Source of the DNA: Squalus acanthias
Lineage: Eukaryota
Assembly: GCA_030390025.1 (NCBI GenBank)
Contig: CM059438.1
Span: 66,900,001-66,964,000, forward strand
Reading direction: 5' to 3'
Length of the DNA: 64,000 bases
The notes below the pieces were generated by a model. It saw only the letters and a list, made by a program, of their open reading frames with translations, was not told where the DNA came from and searched no databases. Made by a program: the position numbers and the translations under genes. Shown piece by piece: positions 26,239 to 38,078 of the stretch. Position 1 is the stretch's first letter. Every line of letters begins with the position of its first letter.

Positions 26239-28879
26239 TGTTTGTCAGACAAAGGCAGCTTGTAACCAAGGAGAAATCTTGGGTTGCTATGGGACCAGCA
26301 GAACTGACTGGTACTGTCTTGAGATAAGACCCCCATTAAACTTCAACAAGTGACACGCATTATGAGGTAACCCCACTAAACTTTGAACTAACCATGAACA
26401 ACAAGGGGAATAGCCACGCTTGAAGGAATCAATCATTGAGACGTGCATGTGAAAATCACAACGGAAGTGTGGACACAGAATATAAAAACTTAACAATACC
26501 TAGTTCCTTTACTGCAGACCTGTCTTAGTCTAACGGAAAGAAGACCTCTGTAGATTCAACAGACTTCAAGTGATCGGCGGTTTGGCCACCTGGTACTTCA
26601 AGACTCCAAAACAGGTCTAGCTGTGTTTCTTATTTAATCCATATGTTAGTGGTTAAATAAATGATCTCTGTGAGATAGATAGGGGGAAAAATTCGGTATC
26701 AACCATTTTGGGGCGCTAACATTGCCTGGGCGCAAACTTTAGTGCCTGGCGCTACTCCGCGCCGGCGACCACAAAATTCTGTTTTAGCGCCCCTAGAGGG
26801 AAGTGGAGCGCTAAATCAAGCGCTAATCATTTCTCTTAGGGCGCTAAAGTCGGGGAGCGGGGCGCTACCGCAGAGTGTTACTCAAGTTCAGGCGCTGTCA
26901 GTTACCTAGTACTCAGACAGTTCTTAAAGGGGAGGTTCAATCATGCTGCACAGCCTCACTCTGATCATTGCTGCTTGTGACCTGGGCCTACAAGGAGCTG
27001 CAATCCCTCAACTGCAAATCTCATGGCTGATCAGAGGCCCAGAAGAGAGCTCACCGGTTCAGCGACCAGGCGTTGGAGGTTCTGGTTGGGGCTGTGGAAC
27101 GCCGATGGGCAGTGCTGTTCTCAGACACTGGCAGGAGGCCATTGCCACAGGAGTTCAGAAGGATGTCGAGGGAGGTCGCCCAGTACGTCTTGGCCAGAAG
27201 TGTGGTCCACAGGACTCAGACCCAGTGCCGCAAGAAGTTCAACGACCTCACTCGGGTGGTCAGGATGAGTACATGCTGCAAAAACCGCTACATCCCACCA
27301 TCTCAACCTTACTCTGTGCACAAACGGTATAAACCGTCAAATCGCCAACACTCACACACAAACTATGCCCATCTACCAAAAGTCACATCCACATCTCACG
27401 CCTTGCATACATTAACAGTTATTCAACTATGCTAGGCACATCTGCCAAGCACATGGCTGCACAATCACTCACATGCTTTCATTTTTCTTGCAGGCCAAGC
27501 TTGCTCATAACAGGAGGGAGCAGCAATGCACGGGAGGAGGTCAGGTGGAGCTGCATCCCCTTACAGACCTGGAGGAGCGAGTGCGCAGCATCATTGCGGC
27601 CCAGGTCGTGGGCGCTGTGGCAGTCAGAGAGGTCGACCCCCTTGGGGACAACAACGGTATGTTCATCACCTCTCCCTCTTCTCTCATACCACTTCCCCTT
27701 CACATCACAAGCCCTTCTCACTTTCCATCTAAGTATACAGTCTCCATTCCTTGCTCCCTTCTTGCCCCCCCTCCCCTTATGTTAAACCCAATGTTGTGCC
27801 TTCCTGCTTTCAGATAGTGAGCCACCATCTGAACAGCCTGTCCCTCAGCCTCCCAGTGGCTGTGACATGGGAGAGGAGGAGGAACAACAAGCCGGAGCCT
27901 CACTGCTTGAGCATCCCGAGGGTGAGACATCCGATAATGGGGCCACGCGGTCGCTGGAGGGGAGCAGATGAAATGGCTCTCACGTGGGTGAAGCTCCAGG
28001 ACCCAGTGGGCTGCAGCAACACCACGGGGAAAGGAAAGCTCGGGGGCCATCTCCCCGGACGGTGAGTACGCGCACGAGTTCTGCTGTACAGGACTCAGAT
28101 GAGGACCTCAATGTCGAGGCGATGACCACACAGGCGATGAGCATGCACACTGAGCTCATGGGTGCAATGGCAAGGGTGCCCGAGAGCATGGATGCACTGG
28201 CTAGGAGCGTGGAGGAGTCCACCTCCAGCATTGCTCTCATCTCTGCGCAAACCTTCGAGCCCATCCTTGGCAGTTTGTGAAGGATGGTCGGCTCACAGAG
28301 AGACCGTGGGGACCCAGACTTCATGCCACGTGTCATGGGTGAGGTATCAGCAGCTATTGCAGCACAGGCCGAGGCACCGCAACAGATTAGTGCTGTAATG
28401 GAGTCAGTGGTTGGTGGCATCCAATCTCAGACTGCTCTCATGCAGTCTCAGATTGATGTCACACAAGCGCTGGCTGCTGCCATCCTCGTTGGGTCGCCAA
28501 CAGTCCACCGGGGATCTCATGGTGCTATAGCAGGCCAGTAATCTGTGCTCGAGCAGATTGCTCGGGATGCTGAGCTTCTGCCCCGGGGGAGTGGCAGTGT
28601 GTCGGTCGAGCAGGAAGTTGCTGTCCTCTCTCAGGATGACAGCATTCCTGCTCCCACCTCTGGCACTCCGCCATTGCACTTGCCGCAGCCTGTAACCCAG
28701 CCAGCCCAGACTGCTGCCGCCCATGCTGAGGTGGTGCAGTCTGCAGCCAGGCCCTTCAGGCCCAGAGCTGGTTGAGGGCGTCCTGCAAGACCATCTGCAG
28801 TCTCTGGCTCCAACATTCAGCAGCCTTCCACCAGCCTTGCTGCAGCCACTGGGGCCACATTACGGAGGAGCAGTAGGGT

Positions 28880-30506
28880 TGTAAGGGATTCTGACCCTGC
28901 GTGTCTCGCAACCTGTGAGATTCACGCGGCTCTGTGCAGCCTGTATGTCAGTGCGGGTCTAGGCCTTGTTGCCTGTTCTGGTCTCCAGCCAGCCTGGGAA
29001 CACTAGACACACCTGTGAGTGGTTCGAATCACTCGCCCTTACGGTTCTAGACACTGGACTTAGATGCGAGAGCAGTAATGGAGATGAAACTCATGTAGAC
29101 TCGGTTGAATGGTACGAAATGGAAAATCTTTATTGCATGATATTTAAGATTATGAAATACATGTCATAAGCACAGATTAATGACAGTACAATCTTACAAG
29201 CAGTTATATAGCTGATCCTAGGGAAACGAGGAACGAACGACACACCGTAAATAGGGGCACACATTACAAGTATCCTTAATACTTAAACCCTCCCCTATCA
29301 ATATCTATCCTAACTAGATTCATAGGATTTCGAGACTCATGCTCACCACTCGTGATAACTCGGAGAAATTCCGAATAGCTGATCGGATGTTTTTCACCGC
29401 AGCACCCACGTGTCGGTCAGGAGATCTCCTGGTCCCACTTGTTTACTTGCTTCTGCTCCGGCTAGCAGGCTGGACCGTCTGCTGTGATGAAGACCTGTGT
29501 TGGTTGGTTTAACAGGTACTTTCGAGCACAGTTCACAGATTAGTCAATATCATCGATGATGAACCATTCTTGCAAGTTCGAAGAAGTCTCCCTGGCAAGG
29601 AAAACTTGGCTATTCGACCTACAGGCGCGGTCGGGATTTACTGACCGTGGCGATGAGTATGGTCTTCCTCTCTTCTCATCTCATCTCATCTCATCTCATC
29701 TCATCTCGGGCCTTTGGTTCCGCTGCCAGTTACCAACATAGGTCTTCGTTACGCGACACGAGGTAGATCCGAACGGATCAGAAAGTTCAACAGTCTTTTT
29801 CAAAGAGGCACCAGGCAAGCAGGAGCCCGACTACGAGTACACAGGAGCAGCCACGAGGATAAGAGAATAAGAGACAGATGGACGGTTGGAGCTTGTAATT
29901 ATAGTACAAAATCTTCCGTTTCCCGCCCAACCTTAATGTCCTTCCTTTTGTTAGGGTCTGGCGCTCAAATGTCTTGTATGGGTGATCTCCGTTCTTAATG
30001 GGTTTCGGGGCTACTCGTAACTGTCTGAGTACCTGTTAATATTTCTCCCATTGTTAAATCGGTCGGTGTTCTCCCTGGAGGGGTTTTGGGGCTTCCAAGT
30101 GTTTTGTATAACTACCTGCTAACGGCTCTCTCATCGTAGAGTCGTTGGGATTTTACATATTAATGTCTTTTGGATGGGCCCTTGATTACTCGGTACAATA
30201 GCTTTCATTCGTACCTGGGAGACCGATTTCAGTATTTATGTGTATACTGCAAACCCATAATGTCTCGTGTATTATCTTCACTGTGCTGAATCTTAATCGA
30301 TCTTGCACAAATGTTTATTGGAACGCCATCTTGTCTGCCTGTCGAAAAGTCTAGAATGTTCTGTCACGAGGTGCGGCGGCCATTTTACAGGCTGCTTGTG
30401 TCCACTTTGAACAACCTGGCAGCATTCTGCTGAAATAAAAGCTGTTTGAACGAAACTTTGTGTTTTCTCCTTATTAATAAAATCGCGATATATTGCGAAT
30501 TCTACA
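28880..30506 (-). repeat. 3' LTR (1627 bp)
   Basis: Direct repeat of 39892-41518; minus strand TGTAGAATTCG...TCCCTTACA; AATAAA (minus) at 29129-29134. Confidence 0.97.
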
Positions 30507-30519
30507 GTCCCTCCTGTTG
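30507..30519 (-). promoter_or_regulatory. Polypurine tract
   Basis: Minus strand CAACAGGAGGGAC immediately precedes TG of the 3' LTR. Confidence 0.7.
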
Positions 30520-30958
30520 ATGCGAATAACTCCGCTTATCGTATCAAAAATCATAGTGGTGAGCAATATTATCTCGATTTCTCTCCGAATCCAGCAAATT
30601 AATCCCATAATTTTTAACCTAGCTAGGGTCTCTGTGTCGTCCTTATTTCCCAAGAAAATTACATTTTATATCACCGTGGGCCTTATTTGCCCTTAAACTT
30701 ACACCACTTGTTTTCCTTCCCGGCGTAACCAGGCCGATGCCTCTCGTATCACCTGTATATTCATCTTTTATTCAGGGAAAGGAAAACAAAACCCAAAACC
30801 AAACAATCATTTTTAACTGTAACACCATCACCCAAAATAATCAACACCAACTCTTAAAACATGTCGAGTTCTCAAACGTATTTACAATCTTTGAAAATCA
30901 TGATCGAGTACAAACTTCCGCGGCGCACGTGGCGAGCGGGAATGACGCCATTTTCCGA

Positions 30959-33310
30959 TTACACGGTGCTTTCATCGTGCACGCGCACGTAACGTTCTCG
31001 CCACTCTCCCGTGTTTTCATGCTTGGTGAGGCGTTTGTCTCTTTTACAATGTACGACCAATAGGTACACTACAATAAACACTTGACATACGACTAAAATG
31101 TGGGAGGCTATTCTGATCCATGAAGGCACTTCAATATTGGTGAACAGATTCCACCACGGTGGAACTACTATATCCAGAATGTCTGTTGCTATTTCGACAG
31201 TTTTCTGCTCTAATGTGTAAAAATGTTTCTGTGATACCGCGACGGCTTTTAAAAGCTTGGTGAGGTGTTCAGGGAGAGGGGGAATGAGGTATCCGAAATG
31301 CGCGACGAATCGCTGCAAGTCGGTGAAATTCTCTTTTACCGTTAGATGAACAGTGGATGGTTCAGGGATTGGGACAATTCGCTGTTGTGCTACTTGAACT
31401 TCCGCCCTGGGTTTGAAACAGAAACTGCTGTCACTCACCGGACACCGGCTACGGTTTCCATGCTGGTAGTGTTGCGCTGCAGTGGTAACACAATATGTTC
31501 CACCCCCGATGTATGCTACCTGCGGAGGCACATGATCTTGTGCCATTGCCTCCATGGTGCAATTCATGGACTTGGCGCCAGTCGTTCTGAACCCGCACTG
31601 TGGTGTTAAAAAGGCATTCAAGTGCTGGGGGCACAGTATTATGTGTGCTCCCCTGCCACGACAACCAGAGAGATCTGTACCTGTCATCGTTTGCTCCCAG
31701 CGGATGACGTAAGGTGGAACCGCTGCATAACGAATGTGGGCTCCCCCCTGAATGACACCAATGTTCTCTACCCGATACACCGGGGCGGGCTTTGCTGTGT
31801 CGCCCAAAACCGGCATGCGTAATACTATTCCCATAATAGTATGGTTTGAACGTCCGCAGTCCACGGGGACTGGGTAAGCTTCTGAAGCTAGCCTGAGCTG
31901 GCACGGACTTAATGCGTTCTGAAAAGGGTGGAGCGCCCGCAGGTGTTTGTTACTTATCCAGGACGGGACCAAACCTTGTTTTAAATCCTCCAAATTACTG
32001 CGGCCCTCGTCCAGTAACCACGCCCCGTAAAGCACACACACCTCGTTCTCCGCAGCTTGATCGGATGCATTCCGATCTTCCCTAATCAGGGCATTTACCG
32101 TCTTTGCATGTTTCTCCAACTCTGCTATAATTTCCTTTAAATGGAGAGTCATGGCTTGGTCCTCGTGTAAACCTGACCCTACCACTTTACTCTCATCTGT
32201 TAGAATGTCTTTTAATTGTGTCTTTAAACCATTAATCTGGGTCTGCAGCTCCACACTGTCTAGAGCGTTGACCACAGATGTACCCGTGTTAAAAGCAGTG
32301 AACGCATCGTTCACCAAACCCCTTCCTTGCCTCCCTACTTGATCCAAAACTTCCTGTGGTGCGGTGTACAAACTTGTTTTATCAATCTCCGCGAAATCGA
32401 ATTCGTAAAATTGTCTGAACATCTTGGTCAACAGGACCTGATACAACTGTTCCGTCTTTTTGGGGCACCACTCTGGTAACCGCACCTCGGTGAGATTTAA
32501 AATCACCGAGGCCACCGCGTAATGTACCCCCTGAAATAGTATCTGGTCTGTGGGGACCAGTACCAAACCATTCCCGGGTCCCTTACTAGTTTTAGGGCAC
32601 CCTTCTTCCTCAGCTAGAACCACCGGAATCGTGGGCGGGGCTTTGCGTGGGCGCGTAATGAGCTCAGTGGCATTTACTGGGATCGGGGAGAATGGGGCTC
32701 CGCACCCCCTGGTGCTCGCATCCCACCTCATCCCCTGTCCGTTATCCTGCCATTGATTAATGAAAAATATGGAGATGCTTTTGGGGCAAACGTACTTTGA
32801 CCCCCACATACATACATAAATTCCCTCGTCCGGTTCCCACCATTTGTCCCAACAGACTTTCACTTGTCCGTTTGTCCCCGTAATTGTCCGATGGGTATTA
32901 TTACCCAGTCATTCCCACTCGACCGAAGAGTTCCTCATAGTTTTGCTCAGCTTTCGCAGCCACCACCATCGGCTCAATGGGACATTCCCACTACAAGTCA
33001 AACAAATCCGTTTGCCGACGGTGACGCTGATCCTGGGTGCGATGATCCTTACTTTGGGGCACATTAAAGAAGTCTCTTTGTAGGCAAACCCCGATGTGCT
33101 AGAATACTCCGTTGAGTTCGTTCCCAGCCATCCTGGCCACCTTCCCTTGTGGAAATAGGTGCTGGTCTCCTCTGCCTCCCGTCTTCCGGTCCCATCCACC
33201 GCGATGGGGGCCGTGTCCCCGGAACATCCAAACACCACGACATCCTTGGTGCGGCCTCGATAGGCCAATCCACATCCGATTGCCGCGAGCAATACTAGAA
33301 TTCGTTCCAT
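30959..33310 (-). CDS. env: Envelope glycoprotein, class I F-type fusogen (783 codons, one internal TGA at 32909-32911)
   Basis: ORFs 32909-33493 and 30959-32863 are in the same frame; signal peptide MERILVLLAAIGCGLA; RQGR/GLVNDAF cleavage site and fusion peptide; heptad repeat; Cys-rich region; TM IASHILVVCQVFIVVYLLVV; short basic tail. Confidence 0.88.
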
Positions 33311-33596
33311 CCTTCCTTGGTTCCTGTGATCAGATAGAATGAGGTAGCCAGCCTCGCAAGAGTCTCTGGCTTCTGTGAAGGGTGAGCGGGTCCCCTGACC
33401 TCGCCTCACGTAAACTTCCACGTTCGCTGTATAAACTTTAACTAAACCTAATTTTAAAACTCCCATCATTTTATCGTTTTCTGTTAAAAACACTACAATC
33501 TTAACCTTATTAAAACTATAAACTTAACCTTGAACTATGAACTTAAAACTTAAAACTTATAACTTTACAGTGCCGCCCGTTCTCAGGGCGGCCCCT

Positions 33597-36500
33597 TTAA
33601 ATTCTGAGAAGGCTGCTGCGAGCTCTTCCCGACGGTGGGAGGGCACTGACCCTTCCCTCTGATCTGCCGCAGCCTGTTGCTGCTGCGATGGGGCCGGGCT
33701 GTATCTGGGTTGCCTTAACCTTAAGTCTACGCCTTGGGGCAGTCTGGGGACATGACCACATCCTCCTGGGCTGGGGTTCTCTACTTGACCTACGGGGAGT
33801 TGCCGTGGGCGGGGGTTCCGTGACTGACGGACCGGGTTCCGAGACTTCCATCGGGACGACCTGGGGTTCCACCACAGTCGCTGGCTCCGCCTCCGCTGAC
33901 TCCGCCTCCCTAACCTCGGGGCTCGCAGTTTGTGGCTCCGCTCTGCTCGGCCCAGCAGGCGGCCCTTCACTCGTGATCTCTGCCTCCCCCGAGGACGGGA
34001 CGTTCAAAGCGGGCGGCTCTGTCTCTGGGGTCCTCACCGTCACTCTCTGTGCTCCCATAGCGGCTGGCCCCGCCTCCCCTAGCTCCTCCCTCCTGTCTTC
34101 AGGACCTGCAGCTTGTGTGTCCACCCTGTGTGGATCTCTATCTGCAGCCCGCATTCTCCCCATATCGAAAACGGGACCGTTCCTCCAAAACCACCCGTCG
34201 TCATCACTATCCTCATCTGACTCGAGTTCCCTGAATTCTCCCTCATCCAACTCCCAATTCCAGAAAAACGCTGCATGATCTTCCAGGATGTCCCCTCCCC
34301 TAATGCAAGCTGCTATGCCTGCCTGTGTGCCTTGTGGTCCTACCTGGGGCTGTGCTTTCCCACTGGCGGGATTTACCCCTGTAGTTTTCTCTTGCGCACC
34401 TGGCTTGTACAGTTTGCATTGGTTTATGTGGAACCACTTAGTGCGCCGAGGTACTTTTATGGCGTAAACCATGGGACTCGCCTTGTCTACAATGTTGTAG
34501 GGTCCCATATACAGTGGTTCCAGACTCCCTACTCTGGCGTAGTTTCTGACCATGACCTGGTCTCCTACTTCCCACTCCCGCGTTTTGCGGGGTTCCAGCA
34601 ACAAGCGATTGCCCTGATGCTGCCTTCCCATGTTCCCAGCCGCCTGCTCATAAACCTGCTTCAGGCGCTCCAGGAGAGTCTGGGCGAACTTGTCCCTGCT
34701 TATCTCTTGGAGCTGACCCTCAGTGAGCACCGGCGCTAACACATGGGTGGGGGTTCGCATGAGCCTCCCAGTCATCACCTCGTGCGGGGAGTACCCCGTA
34801 CTTTTTGACTGACTGGCCCGGACCTCCATGAGGACTAAAGGCAGAACTTCCGCCCATTTTTGGGGCGAGTTCCTAGTCTCTTTCCTCAATTTCTCCTTCA
34901 GGGTCCGGTTCATGCGTTCAACAATCCCGGATGACTGGGGATTGTGTGCTACGTGCCACTTCCCTTCAATGCCCAAAAGCATGAGGGTGTTCTGCATCAC
35001 CTGGCCGGTGAAATGACTCCCTTGGTCTGACTCCACAAAACGGGGAAGTCCCCACCGCGAGAACACTTCCCGGACCAAGATTTTTGCTGTACCCAGTGCC
35101 GTAGCTGTTCGACAAGGGAAGGCTTCCACCCACTTGGAAAACACATCCACCAAGACGAGGCAGTATTTATAGCCTCCCTGGGTTGTGGGCAGGGGTCCTA
35201 TATAGTCGATCTGTATCGACTGCCATGGTCCCTCTACCCTTCTTACGTGTCCCATGGGCACCTTCCTTTTCTGGGGGTCTGGGTTGTTTGCAGCGCACAC
35301 AAGACAGTTTGCACAGAACTCGCGGACTTGTTCCCTGAGCCCTGGCCACCATCCCGCTTGCTCTACCCGTTGCCAGGTAACCTCGGGCCCGGGGTGCCCT
35401 GCCCCTGGTCCCTCGTGAGCCAACTGGAGGAATTCCCTCCTGTGCTGCTGCGGCACAACCCACTGCTCCTCGCGGAACAGCATGCCTTCCTTAACTGAGA
35501 GGGTTGCCGTACTGTACGGACCTTCTACCTGCCTCCCCTCAGCAATGGTTTTTAGGACTGCTTTTAGGGCGGGATCCTGGGCTTGGACGGTCTTAAGGTC
35601 TAGGGGCAATGCTACCCTGGTGTTCCCGGGATTCCCGTCCCTGCCTCGGATCGCTGCTATGGGTCTGGTCCCATAGGGGTCCCAGAAAATGCCGTTGCGG
35701 GCACCTTCCCTGGCTAGCGCATCCGCCTGCTGGTTGCCCTCCCCACGGGGCTCTGTGGAGGAGTGAGCTTTCACCTTATGGATGAAAATCTCCCCTTCCT
35801 CCCCTACTGCTGCTGCTAGGATCTTTTCCAGCAAGGGCTTCACCGTTAAAGGTCGCCCGTCCGCGGAGGTGTATCCACGGCGGGACCAAATGGCCAGGTA
35901 TTCCATACACGAATTGCAGGTGAACATACTGTCCGAGCAAATCGTGTATGGGGTTGGGAAAATGTCTGGGTGGGTAACAACGTACACCACGGCAGACAGC
36001 TCAGCCTGCTGCGCGCTCATGGTGCTGGGGAGCTTGATCGCCAGGGCAAGGTTTGCCGCAGGGTCATAAACTCCACACCCTGTGAGTCGTTCGCCAGCAG
36101 ATACTGTGCTAGACCCATCAACATAAATCTCGCGCCCAGTGGGATGTATCCCGGCCCGTAAACCTATGTTGACGTCCCACACCCCTTCCACCGAACACCG
36201 GTGGGCTGTACCGGGGTATACCAAATTGGCCGCAAGCCTGGGCTCGCAAAGACCTTTTACTCTAAGATCCAACTGGGAGAGAAGAAGGGTCCAGCGCGCA
36301 ATGCGCACGCTGCTTACGGTCCCATCTTTAATCCTCCCATCCAGAAGCATCTTAGTTGGTGTGTGATGTGTGAGGAGAGTGATGGGAGAGAGCCCTGTGA
36401 AGATCGCTGATCTTTTCACAGCGCAATGCGTGGCTAAAAGGTGCCTTTCGCAATTGGAGAAACTTCTCTCCACATCCGTTAACACCCTGGATGAATAGAC

Positions 36501-38078
36501 AATCGGCCTCAGCTTGCCGTGACACTCTTGGAGCAGCACAGCGCTCAAGCTGTCTCCGCTGGCAGCTACCTCCAGGAAAAACTCCTTCCCCCCATCTATG
36601 GCCCCTAAGGCTGGCGCGGTCTGCAGATCCCTTTTTAACTTCTCGAAGGCTGCTTGGCAGCCCTCGTCCCAAGACCACTCCACCCCCTTATGGAGGAGTC
36701 GGAGGAGCGGCGCTGCTGTGGCCGCATAAACTTCGATAAAATCCCTGCAGTAACCGGTCAGTCCCAAGAAGGACCTCACACCCCTTACGTTGTTGGGAAT
36801 CGGTAATTCTTGCACCGACTCCCTCCTTGCTTTGTCTATGGCTCTTTCCCCAGCGCGTATGGTCAGTCCCAGGAATTTTACTTCCCGCTGACCGATACGT
36901 GCTTTCTTAGGGTTTATTTTAAAACCCTTTCTCGCTAGCAGCTCCAATAACTCGTCCAGTAGTGGTCCATGCTCCTCCCTTGAGTCCGTAAATAGGAGCA
37001 AATCATCCACATACTGCACTATCTGATTGGGCTGACTAAACTCCTTTAAACTTCCTGCCATACACTGATGGAAAATACTGGGGCTATTGTGGAAACCCTG
37101 TGGCAGACAGTTCCATGTGTACTGTTGTCCTTTGAAAGTAAAGGCAAACTTGTACTGGTCCTCTCGCCGCAGCGGGATGGACCAAAAACCGTTCGAGATA
37201 TCCAGCACCGTGAACGTGGTCACGGACGCTGGGATGCTCCCTATTAGGTCAGCAACTGCTGCTACCGTGGGCGCGCAGGCGGGAATGTTACTGTTAAGGA
37301 CTCTGTAGTCCACCGTGGCTCTCCACAAATTATCCGGCTTCCTAACCGGCCATAATGGGGAGTTCACGTGTGTGGCTATCGGCCTCAACACGCCCTGCTG
37401 CACCAAGGAGGACATTGCTGTCTCCATATCGGGTTCTGCTTCTTTGGGGAAGTTATACTGCTTTTGGGGTCGGGTCATGGGGTCCCCATCTACGCTGACC
37501 TCAAACCCGACAACCCTCCCACAATCGTGCTTGTGGGTTGCAAACGCGTGCATATTATCTGACACGTACGTTTGCATGTCCGTTGGGACATCTGCGACCA
37601 TAAGCCTGAGGTCGTAGCCTCCGGATGGCTGTACGGTACACAGGACCCCTGTTTCTTCCTCCCCCGGAATCACTATTACCTCGCCTTTTTCACCCTTAGC
37701 CCCCCAGAGACAGTGATTTCTGAGGTCCACGAGGATCCCGTGTCCCGATAGAAGATCAGACCCGAGAATACCTCTTCCACCCCCCTCCTGCCATTCCATC
37801 AGTATACACTTCCACTTAAGGTGAAGTGCTCCTAAACGAATGGATAGCGGAAGGGAGAACGTGCCAGCCTGTTCTTTTCCTGTGAACCCCGCTAACGTGA
37901 ATGGGACCCTGGTGGATAGCGGCGAGTCAAAAGGGCTATCTGTATGGATTATGGTGCAAGAAGCTCCCGTGTCCAACAAATAACTACCCCTCTGTTTCTC
38001 TACCTCCATCTCCACCAAAGGTCGCTTCCACGCATCATAGCTAAGCGGACACAGGTAGACGGGCTGCGCGGGTTCTAG
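33597..38078 (-). CDS. pol: Pol polyprotein (PR-RT-tether-RNase H-IN plus C-terminal extension), in frame with gag
   Basis: LLDTGAS..ILGSD; LPQG, YVDD; degenerate RNase H (EVAAS, ERHLLA, THH); second RNase H (YVDGS, SAQQAEL, SDS, GNQQAD); HHCC; D-D-E (IDYIG, SDQG, VERMN); GPY. No stops. Confidence 0.96.
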   Translation of the reverse strand, partial: LEPAQPVYLCPLSYDAWKRPLVEMEVEKQRGSYLLDTGASCTIIHTDSPFDSPLSTRVPFTLAGFTGKEQAGTFSLPLSIRLGALHLKWKCILMEWQEGGGRGILGSDLLSGHGILVDLRNHCLWGAKGEKGEVIVIPGEEETGVLCTVQPSGGYDLRLMVADVPTDMQTYVSDNMHAFATHKHDCGRVVGFEVSVDGDPMTRPQKQYNFPKEAEPDMETAMSSLVQQGVLRPIATHVNSPLWPVRKPDNLWRATVDYRVLNSNIPACAPTVAAVADLIGSIPASVTTFTVLDISNGFWSIPLRREDQYKFAFTFKGQQYTWNCLPQGFHNSPSIFHQCMAGSLKEFSQPNQIVQYVDDLLLFTDSREEHGPLLDELLELLARKGFKINPKKARIGQREVKFLGLTIRAGERAIDKARRESVQELPIPNNVRGVRSFLGLTGYCRDFIEVYAATAAPLLRLLHKGVEWSWDEGCQAAFEKLKRDLQTAPALGAIDGGKEFFLEVAASGDSLSAVLLQECHGKLRPIVYSSRVLTDVERSFSNCERHLLATHCAVKRSAIFTGLSPITLLTHHTPTKMLLDGRIKDGTVSSVRIARWTLLLSQLDLRVKGLCEPRLAANLVYPGTAHRCSVEGVWDVNIGLRAGIHPTGREIYVDGSSTVSAGERLTGCGVYDPAANLALAIKLPSTMSAQQAELSAVVYVVTHPDIFPTPYTICSDSMFTCNSCMEYLAIWSRRGYTSADGRPLTVKPLLEKILAAAVGEEGEIFIHKVKAHSSTEPRGEGNQQADALAREGARNGIFWDPYGTRPIAAIRGRDGNPGNTRVALPLDLKTVQAQDPALKAVLKTIAEGRQVEGPYSTATLSVKEGMLFREEQWVVPQQHRREFLQLAHEGPGAGHPGPEVTWQRVEQAGWWPGLREQVREFCANCLVCAANNPDPQKRKVPMGHVRRVEGPWQSIQIDYIGPLPTTQGGYKYCLVLVDVFSKWVEAFPCRTATALGTAKILVREVFSRWGLPRFVESDQGSHFTGQVMQNTLMLLGIEGKWHVAHNPQSSGIVERMNRTLKEKLRKETRNSPQKWAEVLPLVLMEVRASQSKSTGYSPHEVMTGRLMRTPTHVLAPVLTEGQLQEISRDKFAQTLLERLKQVYEQAAGNMGRQHQGNRLLLEPRKTREWEVGDQVMVRNYARVGSLEPLYMGPYNIVDKASPMVYAIKVPRRTKWFHINQCKLYKPGAQEKTTGVNPASGKAQPQVGPQGTQAGIAACIRGGDILEDHAAFFWNWELDEGEFRELESDEDSDDDGWFWRNGPVFDMGRMRAADRDPHRVDTQAAGPEDRREELGEAGPAAMGAQRVTVRTPETEPPALNVPSSGEAEITSEGPPAGPSRAEPQTASPEVREAESAEAEPATVVEPQVVPMEVSEPGPSVTEPPPTATPRRSSREPQPRRMWSCPQTAPRRRLKVKATQIQPGPIAAATGCGRSEGRVSALPPSGRARSSLLRI

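Noticed and set aside
28966..29998. Duplicated plus-strand ORFs in both LTRs
   Set aside because: Short, antisense and identical only because the LTRs are identical; no protein motifs.
30314..30319. Second minus-strand AATAAA in the LTR as the poly(A) signal
   Set aside because: It lies upstream of the candidate promoter (in U3), so using it would not create an R repeat; 29129-29134 fits better, though this is untested.
30472..30610. Small minus-strand ORF (MGLICWIRREIE..) crossing the PPT into U3 as a possible accessory gene
   Set aside because: Only ~44 codons with no recognisable motif; not distinguishable from chance.
33311..33493. 61-codon in-frame extension upstream of the env ATG
   Set aside because: It lies mostly upstream of the likely splice acceptor at 33324, and the signal peptide begins at MERILV.
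33688..34739. Antisense ORFs (196 and 154 aa) over pol
   Set aside because: Expected shadow ORFs opposite GC-rich coding sequence.
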